Notes: a model not told the origin generated them from the letters alone. A stretch of DNA of 64,000 nucleotides from an uncultured Cytophagales bacterium (GCA_964562455.1 CAZLTN010000010.1:7464-71463); one strand, 5' to 3'; numbered from the stretch's first letter, positions 48,181 through 58,504 are shown. Numbers and translations are program-made.

Positions 48181-49359
48181 ATGAAGATCACCTCCATAGA
48201 AACAAAGATCTGTCACGCACGTATGCGTAACTGGATTTTTGTGAAGGTAAACACCGATCAACCCGGCCTTTGGGGTTGGGGAGAGGCGACGCTCGAATGG
48301 CACACACGTGCCGTAGCGGGCGCTATCGAGGACATTTCGACACTCCTGATCGGCGAAGACCCGCGACGTATCGAGCATCTCTGGCAGATGATGTACCGCC
48401 AGCATTTCTGGCACGGCAACGGCATTGTAAGAGGTACGGCCATCAGCGGCATCGATATCGCGCTCTGGGATATCGCCGGAAAAATTCACGGTGTGCCCTG
48501 CCATGAGCTATGGGGTGGAAGGGTCAGGGATTATATCCGGCTCTATTGCCACCTCGGGGGCGGAAAAATGGAAGATTTCTACGAAACAGGCCGCAATGAT
48601 GCCAAACGATTCGGTGAGTTGGCGCAGCAGGCTGTGGAGGAAGGATTTACCGCTTTCAAGTCAATGGCTGTGCCTGAAACCATGTCTCTCGAAGGGCTTC
48701 GCCCTATCCGGTATGCCGAAGCCTGTGTAGCGGCTATGCGCGAAGCGGTAGGCGACGATATCGACATCATGGTCGACTGCCATGCCCGCCCTTCGCCGCG
48801 AATGGGCATGATGTTTGCAAAAGCGCTGGAGCCTTATGGGTTATACTTCTTTGAAGAACCGTGCTGGCCTGAAACGATGGAAGACATCGCTTTGATCCAG
48901 AGGGCGGTCAATACCCCGATCGCTACCGGTGAGCGGCTGATCAGCATCCATGCTTTCCGGGAGCTCTTTGAAAAGAGGGCAGCCAGCGTCATTCAACCCG
49001 ACATTACGCATTGCGGCGGCCTGACCGAGGTCAGGCGCATCGCTGCGATGGCGGAAGCTTACAGGGTTTCGGTAGCCCCGCATAACCCGCAGGGGCCGGT
49101 CAGCACTGCGGCTTCTATCGAATTCGGCTTCTCGGCGCCTTCATATATCATCTGCGAAAGCGTACACAGCGATGTACCGTGGAGGCAGGATGTAGTGCAG
49201 GAGGGATTTTCTGTGGAGAAAGAAGGCCGGATCGTCAGGCCGAATACGCGTCCGGGGCTCGGTATCGAGATCAACGAAGACGAAGTCCGTAAACATCCTT
49301 TCCAGCAGGAAGTACTCCAACGCTCGTTCTACAGGGACGGCAGCGTCGGCGACTGGTAA
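48181..49359 (+). CDS. Mandelate-racemase-family acid-sugar dehydratase (galactonate dehydratase-like)
   Basis: [44 protein letters not shown]. Similar to DgoD, but the substrate is unproven. Confidence 0.88.
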   Translation: MKITSIETKICHARMRNWIFVKVNTDQPGLWGWGEATLEWHTRAVAGAIEDISTLLIGEDPRRIEHLWQMMYRQHFWHGNGIVRGTAISGIDIALWDIAGKIHGVPCHELWGGRVRDYIRLYCHLGGGKMEDFYETGRNDAKRFGELAQQAVEEGFTAFKSMAVPETMSLEGLRPIRYAEACVAAMREAVGDDIDIMVDCHARPSPRMGMMFAKALEPYGLYFFEEPCWPETMEDIALIQRAVNTPIATGERLISIHAFRELFEKRAASVIQPDITHCGGLTEVRRIAAMAEAYRVSVAPHNPQGPVSTAASIEFGFSAPSYIICESVHSDVPWRQDVVQEGFSVEKEGRIVRPNTRPGLGIEINEDEVRKHPFQQEVLQRSFYRDGSVGDW

Positions 49360-49365
49360 TTCACA

Positions 49366-49572
49366 GAGGGTGTCTAAAAAGATAGTCCGATGTGCCGTCA
49401 GGCACTACCCGTATATAGAAAAAAGGAAACCGATGCGACGGCATGCCCCGTACGGGGCTACCCGACAGATAAACGGACGTTCGATAGATAGGTAGCCCCT
49501 GATGGGGCATAAAGAAGGCTTCAAAAGGTTATTTGGCCACATGGTATATTAAAGAACTTTTTAGACAGCCTC
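49366..49572. mobile_element. 207-bp MITE-like element with 16-bp terminal inverted repeats and internal GTAG-type REPs
   Basis: GAGGGTGTCTAAAAAG (49366-49381) / CTTTTTAGACAGCCTC (49557-49572), 1 mismatch; internal inverted pair 49443-49462 / 49491-49510; no transposase ORF. Confidence 0.7.
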
Positions 49573-49582
49573 GCTATATTTC

Positions 49583-49636
49583 AGCCCCGCAGGGGCGACA
49601 CCATATCCCGGGTAAGCGCAGCGCAGCCCGGAGATC
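49583..49636. repeat. Dispersed REP-like element, copy 2
   Basis: AGCCCCGCAGGGGC hairpin plus the 27-bp sequence identical to 33171-33197. Confidence 0.85.
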
Positions 49637-49650
49637 TAACCCTGACAACC

Positions 49651-50424
49651 ATGAGTAATCTCCCATTCAGCGGCCGTACGGCCATCATCAGCGGCGGCCT
49701 GGGCGACATCGGCCGGAGCATCGCTACGGCACTTGCCCGGGAGGGTGCGAACGTGGCGCTCGGCGACCTGCAGCCGGCGGAACGTGCCGCAGCTTTCCTT
49801 AACGAACTCCAAAGCCTCGGAATAAAGGTCCTTTATACGGAACTGGACGTGTCCGACGCCGCCCGGGTAAAAAACTGGGTCGAAGAATGTGAAAAGGAAC
49901 TGGGGGTTCCGGACGTCATCATTGCCAATGCCGCTACCGTCACGCTGGCGACCATCCATGAAATAACGCCGGAGCAATGGGATCGCGAGCTGCAGATCAA
50001 CCTTTACGGCCCGTTTTTCCTCGCTAAATATGCCAGTGAGAAATTGGTTGCGGCCCAGGTCCCGGGGCATATCATGCTGATCGGCAGCTGGGCCGCTCAC
50101 GTCGTACATGCGCATATACCGGCCTACAGTGTTTCAAAAGCGGGACTGCGGATGCTCGGAAAATGCCTTGCGCTGGAGCTTGCTCCTCATGGTATCCTGG
50201 TAAATGAAATCGCGCCGGGCTACGTAGAGGCCGGCCTTACTGCACAGATCTGGAAAACAAATCCTTCGCTCAAGCAGCAATCGGAAGGCAAAGTACCCTT
50301 AAAAAGGCTGATAGGCGCCGACGAAGTAGCAGCTCAGGTGCTCCATGCGTGCAGCAATTCCAACCGGCATATGACAGGCAGCACGCTGCTGATGGACGGC
50401 GGGTTGTCGCTTTTGTCAGTGTGA
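49651..50424 (+). CDS. Short-chain dehydrogenase/reductase
   Basis: SGGLGDIG, ANAA, YSVSK, VNEIAPG, DGG. Confidence 0.92.
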   Translation: MSNLPFSGRTAIISGGLGDIGRSIATALAREGANVALGDLQPAERAAAFLNELQSLGIKVLYTELDVSDAARVKNWVEECEKELGVPDVIIANAATVTLATIHEITPEQWDRELQINLYGPFFLAKYASEKLVAAQVPGHIMLIGSWAAHVVHAHIPAYSVSKAGLRMLGKCLALELAPHGILVNEIAPGYVEAGLTAQIWKTNPSLKQQSEGKVPLKRLIGADEVAAQVLHACSNSNRHMTGSTLLMDGGLSLLSV

Positions 50425-50489
50425 TTTGATGCGGAGCTTTTTAGCGACCAAACCAGTAGCAAAAAAACATCTTTAACCTGAAAAATAAT

Positions 50490-51878
50490 TTGACAAATAT
50501 TCTCCGGGCAGCCCCGCCTGCTCCCGAATTCCAGGGGTACATCGGGGTAAGCCAAAAAGACATTACACCGCCTGTCGGAATCTATGCCCGCAACTGGGGA
50601 GCTGCGACCCACGACGTCGCTGAAGGCATTCATCGTCCTATGACCCTGACGTGCCTCACTTTCCGGCAGGAACGGGACACTGCACCTCTCGTATTGATCG
50701 GCGCCGATCTCGGTTGGTGGAAAAACGCCGCCCATGAGCGCATGTTACGCGAATCGATACTGGAATCCCTTTCATTGCCCGTATCCGATCTCATGTTTTG
50801 CCTTGCTCATACACACGCCGGGCCGGGTATCTGCCTGGACGACGAGCACAAACCGGGCGGACACCTGATCAGACCCTATTTTGAGCACCTGATCAAAACT
50901 TCGGCAGAGGCCATCCGGGAAGCATCCGGTAACTGTCAGCCGTCTATCCTTACCTGGAAATACGGAGAATGCAGTCTTGCTGTCAACAGGGATTTTCCGG
51001 ATCCCGACGGCGAAAGGATACTTACCGGTTACAATCCCGGCGGGCCTGCGGACAACACCCTCCTGGTCGGGCGGATAACCGATGCGGACGGCAGAATAAC
51101 AGGCACGCTGGTCAATTATGCCTGTCATCCTACCACGCTGGCCTGGCAGAATAAGCTCATTTCGCCTGACTATATCGGGGCTATGAGAGCCCTTACCGAA
51201 GAAAGTACTGAAGCTCCCTGCCTCTTTCTGCAGGGAGCTTCAGGGGAGGTTTCCCCACCTCAGCAGTTTACCGGCGATACCGCGCTTGCCGATCGTTACG
51301 GCCGCCAGCTCGGGTATTCGGTACTATCAACTCTTGAATCGATGGAAGCTCCTGCCACAAGGCTGGTTTACAAAGGTGTAGTCGAATCGGGCGCCTCTCT
51401 TGCCATGTGGGAACCCGAACCTGCCGGTACTTCGGGGGCGCTGAAAGCCGTAGTGGCGACGGTAGAGTATCCGCTCAAAGATTTTCCGTCTCTCACAGAA
51501 CTGGAAACGGAATGGTCCGCTTGCGCGGATCACGTGCTCAGGGAGCGCCTCTGGAGAAAAATATGCATCCGCAAAGCTATCGGCGATGGTGAGACGGCCC
51601 AAATCCCGTTATGGGTCTGGAAGCTCGGCCGGTCCATACTCATCGGGCAGCCAAACGAAGCCTATACTGAATTCCAGATCGGGTTGCGGGAGCAGTATCC
51701 CGACCATGCAATAGCAGTTATGAACCTTACCAACGGCTCGGTAGGTTACCTGCCGCCGCGCCCCCTTTATGAGTCCAACGCCTACGCGGTCTGGCAAACA
51801 CCTTTCGCTGCCGGATCATTCGAATTGTTAAAGCAAACCACTACCGACCTCGTCGGAAACCTTATTTCCCCGCCCTGA
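50490..51878 (+). CDS. Neutral/alkaline ceramidase-like amidohydrolase-fold protein
   Basis: DITPP, HTHAGP, NYACHPT, SPDYIG, FLQGASG, GYLPP motifs; TTG start. Confidence 0.78.
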   Translation: MTNILRAAPPAPEFQGYIGVSQKDITPPVGIYARNWGAATHDVAEGIHRPMTLTCLTFRQERDTAPLVLIGADLGWWKNAAHERMLRESILESLSLPVSDLMFCLAHTHAGPGICLDDEHKPGGHLIRPYFEHLIKTSAEAIREASGNCQPSILTWKYGECSLAVNRDFPDPDGERILTGYNPGGPADNTLLVGRITDADGRITGTLVNYACHPTTLAWQNKLISPDYIGAMRALTEESTEAPCLFLQGASGEVSPPQQFTGDTALADRYGRQLGYSVLSTLESMEAPATRLVYKGVVESGASLAMWEPEPAGTSGALKAVVATVEYPLKDFPSLTELETEWSACADHVLRERLWRKICIRKAIGDGETAQIPLWVWKLGRSILIGQPNEAYTEFQIGLREQYPDHAIAVMNLTNGSVGYLPPRPLYESNAYAVWQTPFAAGSFELLKQTTTDLVGNLISPP

Positions 51879-53449
51879 TGGATATAAATCTTTCTCCCCT
51901 AGACCTCTCTATCTTCGGCATCTACATCCTGGGAGTCCTGCTCCTGGGATTGTATGCATCGCGGAAAGGGAAACAGACCAAGCGCGATTATTTCCTGGCG
52001 GGCGACAAGCTGCCCTGGTGGATGATCGGGGGCAGTATTATTGCCGCCAATATCAGCAGCCATCACCTTGTGGGCGCTATGGGGGCGGCATACGACCGCG
52101 GGTTTGTAGTCATCGCCATGGAATGGGGCGCTATCCTGGTAGGTTTCAATGCCCTGCTGTGGATTTTCCTGCCTTTCTATATACGCAACGGGTTTTATAC
52201 CGTACCTGAATTCCTCCAACGCCGTTTCGGCGCTGCAGCGAGGTCTGTCTATGCATTCCTCATCCTGCTTACTTACGTTTTTGTTGAAATCAGCGCTGTG
52301 CTCTACCTCGGCGCGCTCGCCCTCCATGCTTTGCTCGATATCCCGGTTTTCACAAGCGTGCTCGTCCTGGCTGTCCTGACCGGGATCTACACCATACTGG
52401 GAGGATTACGGGCCGTTATCTGGACTGAAATGATGCAGCTAGTCATCCTCGTCATCGGTGGCGCCATCCTGACCGTCGCTACTATGAATGCCGCAGGCGG
52501 AATCGATACGCTTCTGGCTACCACCAGGGACTGGCACCTTTTCCTTCCTGCCGACGACCCGGATTTCCCCTGGACGATGTACCTTGGCGGAGTTCTGTGC
52601 ATCAGCACTTTCTATTGCGCTACCAACCAGTTTATAGTACAGCGGGTATTGGCTGCCAAAAACGAATGGCATGCACGGATGGGCGTTATATTCGGCGACT
52701 ACCTCAAATTCCTGGTACCGCTTATCATAACACTTCCCGCATTGGTAGCTTATAAGATTGTCCCCGATCTCGAAAAGCCGGACCTGCTGTTTCCTACCCT
52801 GGTAAAAATGCTTCTTCCATCGGGACTTGTGGGCCTGGTAATGGCGGGGCTGATTGCTGCAGTTATGTCCCACCTTTCGGGGGCTATCAACTCTTGTACC
52901 ACGATTCTCACGGTGGATGTCTACCTTGCATTTTTCAAAAAAGATGCTTCTGAATCCGAGGCGGTCAGGTTCGGACGGCTGGCCGGTACAATCATTATCG
53001 TTCTGGGTATACTGTGCACCATCCTTCTGATGAGCTATTCCGATAAGCCGATCTTCATTTACCTGATGAATGCCTATGGTCTGTTTACACCCGGGATAGC
53101 CACTATGTTTTTGCTGGGTATACTGTGGAAGCGGACCACCGAAGCGGGTGCCCTGACAGCCGGGCTGCTTACCATCCCTTTATCCCTGTTGCTGGAATAT
53201 TCTTTTCCTTCGATGCCTTTCTTTAACAGGACCGGAATAGTATTCTGGATATGCATGCTGGCCTGCGCGATCGTAAGCCTGGCGACAAAACCGAAAACCG
53301 AAGCCGAGCTCAAAGGTTTGATATGGAGCAGGGAAAGCCTCACCCTCGAGGCTCATGAAAAAGAGATGCAGCGAGGCTGGCGGAATCCTGCCATCTGGTG
53401 GGCGCTTATTACCGCCCTTGTACTGTTCTTCTACATCAGGTTCCCGTAG
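51878..53449 (+). CDS. Sodium:solute symporter (sugar-type SSS)
   Basis: DYFLAG, AANISS, PEFLQRRF, GGLRAVIWT, NQFIVQR; many TM helices. Confidence 0.94.
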   Translation: MDINLSPLDLSIFGIYILGVLLLGLYASRKGKQTKRDYFLAGDKLPWWMIGGSIIAANISSHHLVGAMGAAYDRGFVVIAMEWGAILVGFNALLWIFLPFYIRNGFYTVPEFLQRRFGAAARSVYAFLILLTYVFVEISAVLYLGALALHALLDIPVFTSVLVLAVLTGIYTILGGLRAVIWTEMMQLVILVIGGAILTVATMNAAGGIDTLLATTRDWHLFLPADDPDFPWTMYLGGVLCISTFYCATNQFIVQRVLAAKNEWHARMGVIFGDYLKFLVPLIITLPALVAYKIVPDLEKPDLLFPTLVKMLLPSGLVGLVMAGLIAAVMSHLSGAINSCTTILTVDVYLAFFKKDASESEAVRFGRLAGTIIIVLGILCTILLMSYSDKPIFIYLMNAYGLFTPGIATMFLLGILWKRTTEAGALTAGLLTIPLSLLLEYSFPSMPFFNRTGIVFWICMLACAIVSLATKPKTEAELKGLIWSRESLTLEAHEKEMQRGWRNPAIWWALITALVLFFYIRFP

Positions 53450-53504
53450 CGCTGCTGCCTTATATTTAACACTTTTATCTACCTGCCACTAAAACCCGCT
53501 TATT

Positions 53505-54917
53505 ATGCATCATACCAAACATACTCCGAGAAGAGAATTTATCAGGTCGCTGGGCGCCGCTTCCCTTGCCCTGGGCGCCACATCGGGCCTCAATGCTCAG
53601 AGCGTCGCCGGGAAAAACAAAGAGCGTATTTCCGGGAAACCCGTATTCAACATGAGCGGGTATGCCGCTCCTCCGCTGGAGCATATCCGGGTAGGCATAG
53701 TAGGACTGGGAGGCAGGGGAACGGGCGCTCTTCAACGCCTGCTGAAAATACAAGGGGTGCAAATTGTAGCCATATGCGACCTCCGCGAAAGCCAGATCGC
53801 AAAAGGGATCGGCCTGGCACAAAAAGCCGGTCAGAAACCCGACGGCTACCACACTGATCCTGAAGCCTGGAAAAAACTATGCGAACGGAAAGACATCGAC
53901 CTGGTATACATCCTGACGCCCTGGCAGCTGCACACTCCGCAGGCAGTGTTTTCCATGAATCATGGCAAGCATGTATTTGTAGAGGTGCCGGCCGCTACGA
54001 CGCTCGAAGAGTGCTGGGAGCTCGTCAATACATCTGAAAAAACAAAAAAACATTGTATCCAGGTGGAAAACTGCTGCTATGATTTCACCGAAATGCTGGT
54101 TTTAAACATGGCCCAGCAGGGATATTTCGGCGAAATCGTACACGGCGAGGGCGCTTATATACACGATCTGGCAGAGCTGATACTCGGAGACCGCTTTTAC
54201 CAAAAGTGGGAACTGAAGCAGGCTGTCGGTAAAATGGGTAACCTCTACCCTACCCACGGCCTGGGGCCGATCTGCCAGGTAATGAACATCAATCGCGGCG
54301 ATCAGATGGATTATCTCACTTCCATGTCTACCAGCGACTTTACGATGGCCCGAATGATCCGCGATAAGGTCGGACAAGACAGCAGCCTCCGGGAGTTTGC
54401 CGGGAAACCTGTCAACGGCAACATGAACACCACGACCATCCGGACCGTAAAGGGGAAGACCATCGTCGTACAATATGATGTTTCATCTGTACGCCCTTAT
54501 TCGCGCATTCAACTGGTAAGCGGGACAAAGGGAGCGGCGCTCAAGTACCCCCTCCCTGCCAGGATCGCGAATAGTCACGAATGGCTGAGCGAAGACGAAT
54601 ACAAAAAGCTGGAGGAAAAGTTTACGCCGCCCCTAATCCGGAAAATCGGGGAAATAGCCCAGAAAGTAGGCGGCCACGGCGGTATGGATTTCCTGATGGA
54701 CTGGCGCAATATCGATTGCCTGAGGAACGGACTGGCCATGGACCAGGACGTGTACGATGCCGCATTGTGGAGCTCGGTCACCCCGCTCAGCATCACTTCT
54801 GTCGCCAATCGCTCCAATTCGGTAGATGTCCCCGATTTTACGAGAGGGAACTGGAAAACGAATTCCCCGGTCGATTTGTCATTGAAAACAGGCGGAAATA
54901 CCGTTGTTTTGGAATAG
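53505..54917 (+). CDS. GH109 NAD+-dependent glycosidase (alpha-N-acetylgalactosaminidase-like), Tat-exported
   Basis: PRREFI signal; TPWQLH, EVPAA, ENCCY, GAYIHD, NLYPTHGLGP, GGHGGMD, DVYDAA. Confidence 0.92.
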   Translation: MHHTKHTPRREFIRSLGAASLALGATSGLNAQSVAGKNKERISGKPVFNMSGYAAPPLEHIRVGIVGLGGRGTGALQRLLKIQGVQIVAICDLRESQIAKGIGLAQKAGQKPDGYHTDPEAWKKLCERKDIDLVYILTPWQLHTPQAVFSMNHGKHVFVEVPAATTLEECWELVNTSEKTKKHCIQVENCCYDFTEMLVLNMAQQGYFGEIVHGEGAYIHDLAELILGDRFYQKWELKQAVGKMGNLYPTHGLGPICQVMNINRGDQMDYLTSMSTSDFTMARMIRDKVGQDSSLREFAGKPVNGNMNTTTIRTVKGKTIVVQYDVSSVRPYSRIQLVSGTKGAALKYPLPARIANSHEWLSEDEYKKLEEKFTPPLIRKIGEIAQKVGGHGGMDFLMDWRNIDCLRNGLAMDQDVYDAALWSSVTPLSITSVANRSNSVDVPDFTRGNWKTNSPVDLSLKTGGNTVVLE

Positions 54918-54990
54918 AGCCGGATTCGTTAGTAGTTTTGGCGGCTTTGGCGTATTATATATATAACATCAGACCAATAACCTTAATTTG

Positions 54991-56172
54991 ATGAAAAGAA
55001 CCTTTTCCGCCGCGTTGCTTACCGCATTACTGCTCTCTACTCCCACCCTTTTTTCCCAAAGTACGGGCAACTATCCCCCCGGGGTAAAAAAAATAAAGGA
55101 CATAGTCATTTACAACGACTCGACTTACTATTCCGCCTTTCCTTCTGTAGTAAAGAAACAGGACGGTGAATTCCTGCTTGCCTTTCGCCGTGCCCCTAAC
55201 AGGATTATTTTCGGAGAAAAGGGTTCCAACCATGTGGATCCGAACAGCTACCTGGTTGGGATGACCTCTAAAGACGGGGAAACCTGGACACCTGAGCCCA
55301 GGTTGATATACGCCCACGCTTTCGGCGGCTCGCAGGATCCCTGCCTGCTACGTTTAAAAGACGGCACGCTGTTATGCGCCAGCTACGGCTGGGCATTCCT
55401 CAGGCCGGAAGCAAAATCGTCGGAAAAGGTATTTACCCATGGCGGCAACGTGGCATTCCTCGGCGGTTATCTCGTACGCTCGACCGACAATGGAAAAACA
55501 TGGCAAGGCCCTCTTTATCCGCCGCATGTTGAAGGTGATGAAAGGGAAACCCCTATGGGAAAACCATTGCCTGCTTATAACCGCGGTGCGTTGTATGAAG
55601 GTAAAAACGGGCATATTTACTGGTCAGTAGCCGTTTCCATACCCAATTCTGAAGGGAAAAGCAAGATCGGCAACCACCTTCTCATTTCAAAGGACAAAGG
55701 CCTGACGTGGGAATATTCCACTCCTGTAGCCGTCGACGATAAAGTAGTTTTCAACGAGGCTTCGGTTTATGAAACCCCGAAAGGCGATATCATTTCTTTT
55801 CTCAGGACCGCCGATTTCGAAGATTTCGCCTGTATCGCGCGTTCTACCGATGGCGGGAAGACATTTTCGAAATGGCAATCAATGGGCTTCAAAGGCCATC
55901 CTTTACAGGCATTACGCCTTCCTGACAACCGCGTCCTGCTTGTGTACGGCTATCGCCATAAACCTTTCGGGATCCGCGCCCGCATCCTGAATGCGGAATG
56001 TACCGATTTTGAAACCGCTCAGGAAATTGTCCTGAGAGAAGACGGTGGCAGCGGCGACCTGGGGTATCCCTGGGCTGTTCAACTTAACAAAAACCGTGTG
56101 CTGGTAACATATTATTACAATATCAACCAGGGAACCAGGCACATCGCCGGAACCATATTGCAGATCGATTGA
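54991..56172 (+). CDS. BNR/Asp-box repeat sialidase-like beta-propeller protein
   Basis: Signal peptide; Asp boxes SKDGETW, STDNGKTW, SKDKGLTW, STDGGKTF; DLGYP; no FRIP motif. Confidence 0.82.
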   Translation: MKRTFSAALLTALLLSTPTLFSQSTGNYPPGVKKIKDIVIYNDSTYYSAFPSVVKKQDGEFLLAFRRAPNRIIFGEKGSNHVDPNSYLVGMTSKDGETWTPEPRLIYAHAFGGSQDPCLLRLKDGTLLCASYGWAFLRPEAKSSEKVFTHGGNVAFLGGYLVRSTDNGKTWQGPLYPPHVEGDERETPMGKPLPAYNRGALYEGKNGHIYWSVAVSIPNSEGKSKIGNHLLISKDKGLTWEYSTPVAVDDKVVFNEASVYETPKGDIISFLRTADFEDFACIARSTDGGKTFSKWQSMGFKGHPLQALRLPDNRVLLVYGYRHKPFGIRARILNAECTDFETAQEIVLREDGGSGDLGYPWAVQLNKNRVLVTYYYNINQGTRHIAGTILQID

Positions 56173-56175
56173 TGA

Positions 56176-56844
56176 ATGGACAAATTGGACAACCCGGTCT
56201 GGCATGCGCTCAATGAAGCGCATGCCGCACATTGCATATCGCTCGGGAACTGCAGGTTTTATCAGCCCCAGTATTGTCTTTTCGGAGCTTTTACAGGCTC
56301 AAACGATATTGCCCCGAGTCTGAAAGAGTATTCGTCTTTGTCCGAAATGTTTTTCATTGTGGGGGAAGAGCCGCAATACGATGATTCTGTCAGGAACGCG
56401 GGGGTGGTAACCTGCGACCAGATGATACTGGAAGAGCCTGTCCGGCCGGCCATAACCAGTGAAATTGTAGCACTCAATCTAACGCATGAGGCACAGCTTC
56501 AGGAACTCGTGAACCTTGTACAACCCGGTTACTTTCGACCTTCTACGCCCGTCCTGGGAAAATACTTCGGTATCTTTAATGACGACAAGCTCGTTGCAGC
56601 CGCAGGTGAGCGTATGAAAATGAACGATATGACGGAAGTAAGCGCGGTTGTAACACGCCCGGGGTATACAGGCAGGGGATTTGCCGGACAATTGGTCGCC
56701 TATACTACGAATAAAATTTTCGAAGAAGGCAAAATACCGTTCCTCCACGTTGCCGAAACGAATACAGGCGCTATCGGGCTCTATGAAAAGCTCGGGTTCA
56801 GGTACAGAAGAAAAATGATGTTCCGGAAGTTTGCCGCTTGTTAA
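56176..56844 (+). CDS. GNAT family N-acetyltransferase (FR47-like)
   Basis: LDNPVW, QPGYF, AGER, EVSAVVT.PGYTGRG, PFLHV, AIGLYEKLGF. Confidence 0.9.
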   Translation: MDKLDNPVWHALNEAHAAHCISLGNCRFYQPQYCLFGAFTGSNDIAPSLKEYSSLSEMFFIVGEEPQYDDSVRNAGVVTCDQMILEEPVRPAITSEIVALNLTHEAQLQELVNLVQPGYFRPSTPVLGKYFGIFNDDKLVAAAGERMKMNDMTEVSAVVTRPGYTGRGFAGQLVAYTTNKIFEEGKIPFLHVAETNTGAIGLYEKLGFRYRRKMMFRKFAAC

Positions 56845-56860
56845 GGAAACCAGTGAATTC

Positions 56861-57472
56861 TCAGTAAAAATTCTGCTTGTAATCCTCTACCGCCGTCCGG
56901 ATCACATCTATCGCCTCGTCTCTCCCGTAAACATTGGTAATCTGGATTTTGGCCTCCTCACCGGGCAGGTTTTTATAAGTGAGGAAATAGTGTTTCAGAC
57001 GCTCTATCACATCGCCGGGAACTTCCTCCAGGTCGGTATAAACCCCGAACACGACATCGCCTTTCAATACCGCGATAATCTTGTCATCGGCTTCACCGCC
57101 ATCGATCAGCCTGATGCCGCCGATAGGCCGGGCGTCGCAAAGCAAATCTCCGTGCGGGATAATTTTTTCGCACAGCACAAGTATATCGAGCGGATCCCCA
57201 TCCCCGCTTGTAATGTCCCGGCCTGACTTTTCCCTGGCCAGAGCGGCTATTCCCTCTGCACAGTAAGTTTTAGGAATGAAACCGTACAAAGCCGGTACGA
57301 TATTGGAATACTTCTGAGGCCTGTCGATTTTCAGGTACCCTGTATTCTTATCGATCTCGTATTTAACAGTGTCGGTGGGAACAATTTCAATAAATGCCGT
57401 TACGATGTTTGGAGCCTGTTCTCCGATGGGGACTCCATGCCAGGGATGAGCCTTATGCACGTTTGCGTTCAT
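56861..57472 (-). CDS. ppa: Inorganic pyrophosphatase (family I)
   Basis: HPWHG, KYEIDK, YGFIP, GDGDPLD, DGGEADDK, YK. Confidence 0.94.
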   Translation of the reverse strand: MNANVHKAHPWHGVPIGEQAPNIVTAFIEIVPTDTVKYEIDKNTGYLKIDRPQKYSNIVPALYGFIPKTYCAEGIAALAREKSGRDITSGDGDPLDILVLCEKIIPHGDLLCDARPIGGIRLIDGGEADDKIIAVLKGDVVFGVYTDLEEVPGDVIERLKHYFLTYKNLPGEEAKIQITNVYGRDEAIDVIRTAVEDYKQNFY

Positions 57473-57531
57473 GTAATATCTTTAAAAATTAAATAACTCA
57501 CTATCTTTTACCGGGAGCCTGCCCGGTCGGG

Positions 57532-58504
57532 TCATTCTCCCGTTTTTTCAGCAATACTGTATTCACTGGTTTTGGACACCGATTGTTTTACGAACAATTC
57601 TCCCAGGAAACCCGCCAGGAACAATTGCGATCCTACTACGATAGCCAGTAATGCAAGGAAAAATAAGGGATTGTCGGTCGCGTTCCGGAATTTCAATCCT
57701 GAATAGATGTTATACAGCTTCTCTCCTATTACCCAAGCTGTCAGCAAGCTACCCAGCAGAAACATCAGCATACCCACCCCTCCGAAAAAATGCATGGGAC
57801 GGCGGCCGAATTTGTTCACAAACGCAATGGAAAGCAGGTCAAGGAAGCCGAAAAGAAACCGTTCGATACCAAACTTTGTACGCCCGTATTTGCGCGGCCT
57901 GTGCTCCACTACCTTCTCTCCTATCCTGCCGTAACCGTTCCATTTGGCTATCACCGGGATATAGCGGTGCATCTCGCCGTAAATTGTAATATTCTTAACC
58001 ACTCGCTGCCGGTAGGCTTTCAGACCGCAGTTAAAATCGTGCAGTTTTATACCGGAAATAGCACGGGTGACGCCGTTGTACAGCTTTGTCGGGATCGTCT
58101 TCGACAAAGGATCGTACCTCTTTTTTTTCCAGCCCGAAACAAGATCATACCCCCCCCGAGCTGATCATCTCATACAACGCGGGGATTTCATCCGGGCTAT
58201 CCTGGAGATCGGCGTCCATCGTTATAACGACCTCACCTCTGCACGCCTCGAAACCGGTCTGTAGCGCGGCAGTTTTTCCGTAGTTACGAACAAACCTGAT
58301 CCCTTTTACATGCGGATCCGCCGACGAAAGCGACTCTATTACCTGCCATGAATTGTCCGTACTGCCGTCGTCGACAAACAGCAGCTCATAGCTGTAGCCG
58401 TTTGCTTTCATCACTCTTGCGATCCAGTCATGAAGCTCCTCCAGCGATTCATCTTCATTGAATAGCGGTACGATGACTGATATCTGGATTTTAGGCTCGG
58501 CCAT
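57532..58504 (-). pseudogene. GT2 polyprenol-phosphate glycosyltransferase (ArnC/DPM-like), frameshifted at a G8 tract
   Basis: N-half 58504-58145 (VPLFNE, DDGSTD, MDADLQD) and C-half (LHDFNCGLKAY, GEMHRYIP) join as ...SSGGYDLVSGWKKKRYDPLSK... if one G of the 58150-58157 run is removed. Confidence 0.85.

Noticed and set aside
48181..49359. A standard dgo (galactonate) operon
   Set aside because: No dgoK, dgoA or dgoT nearby; the neighbours point to a nitrogen-containing substrate.
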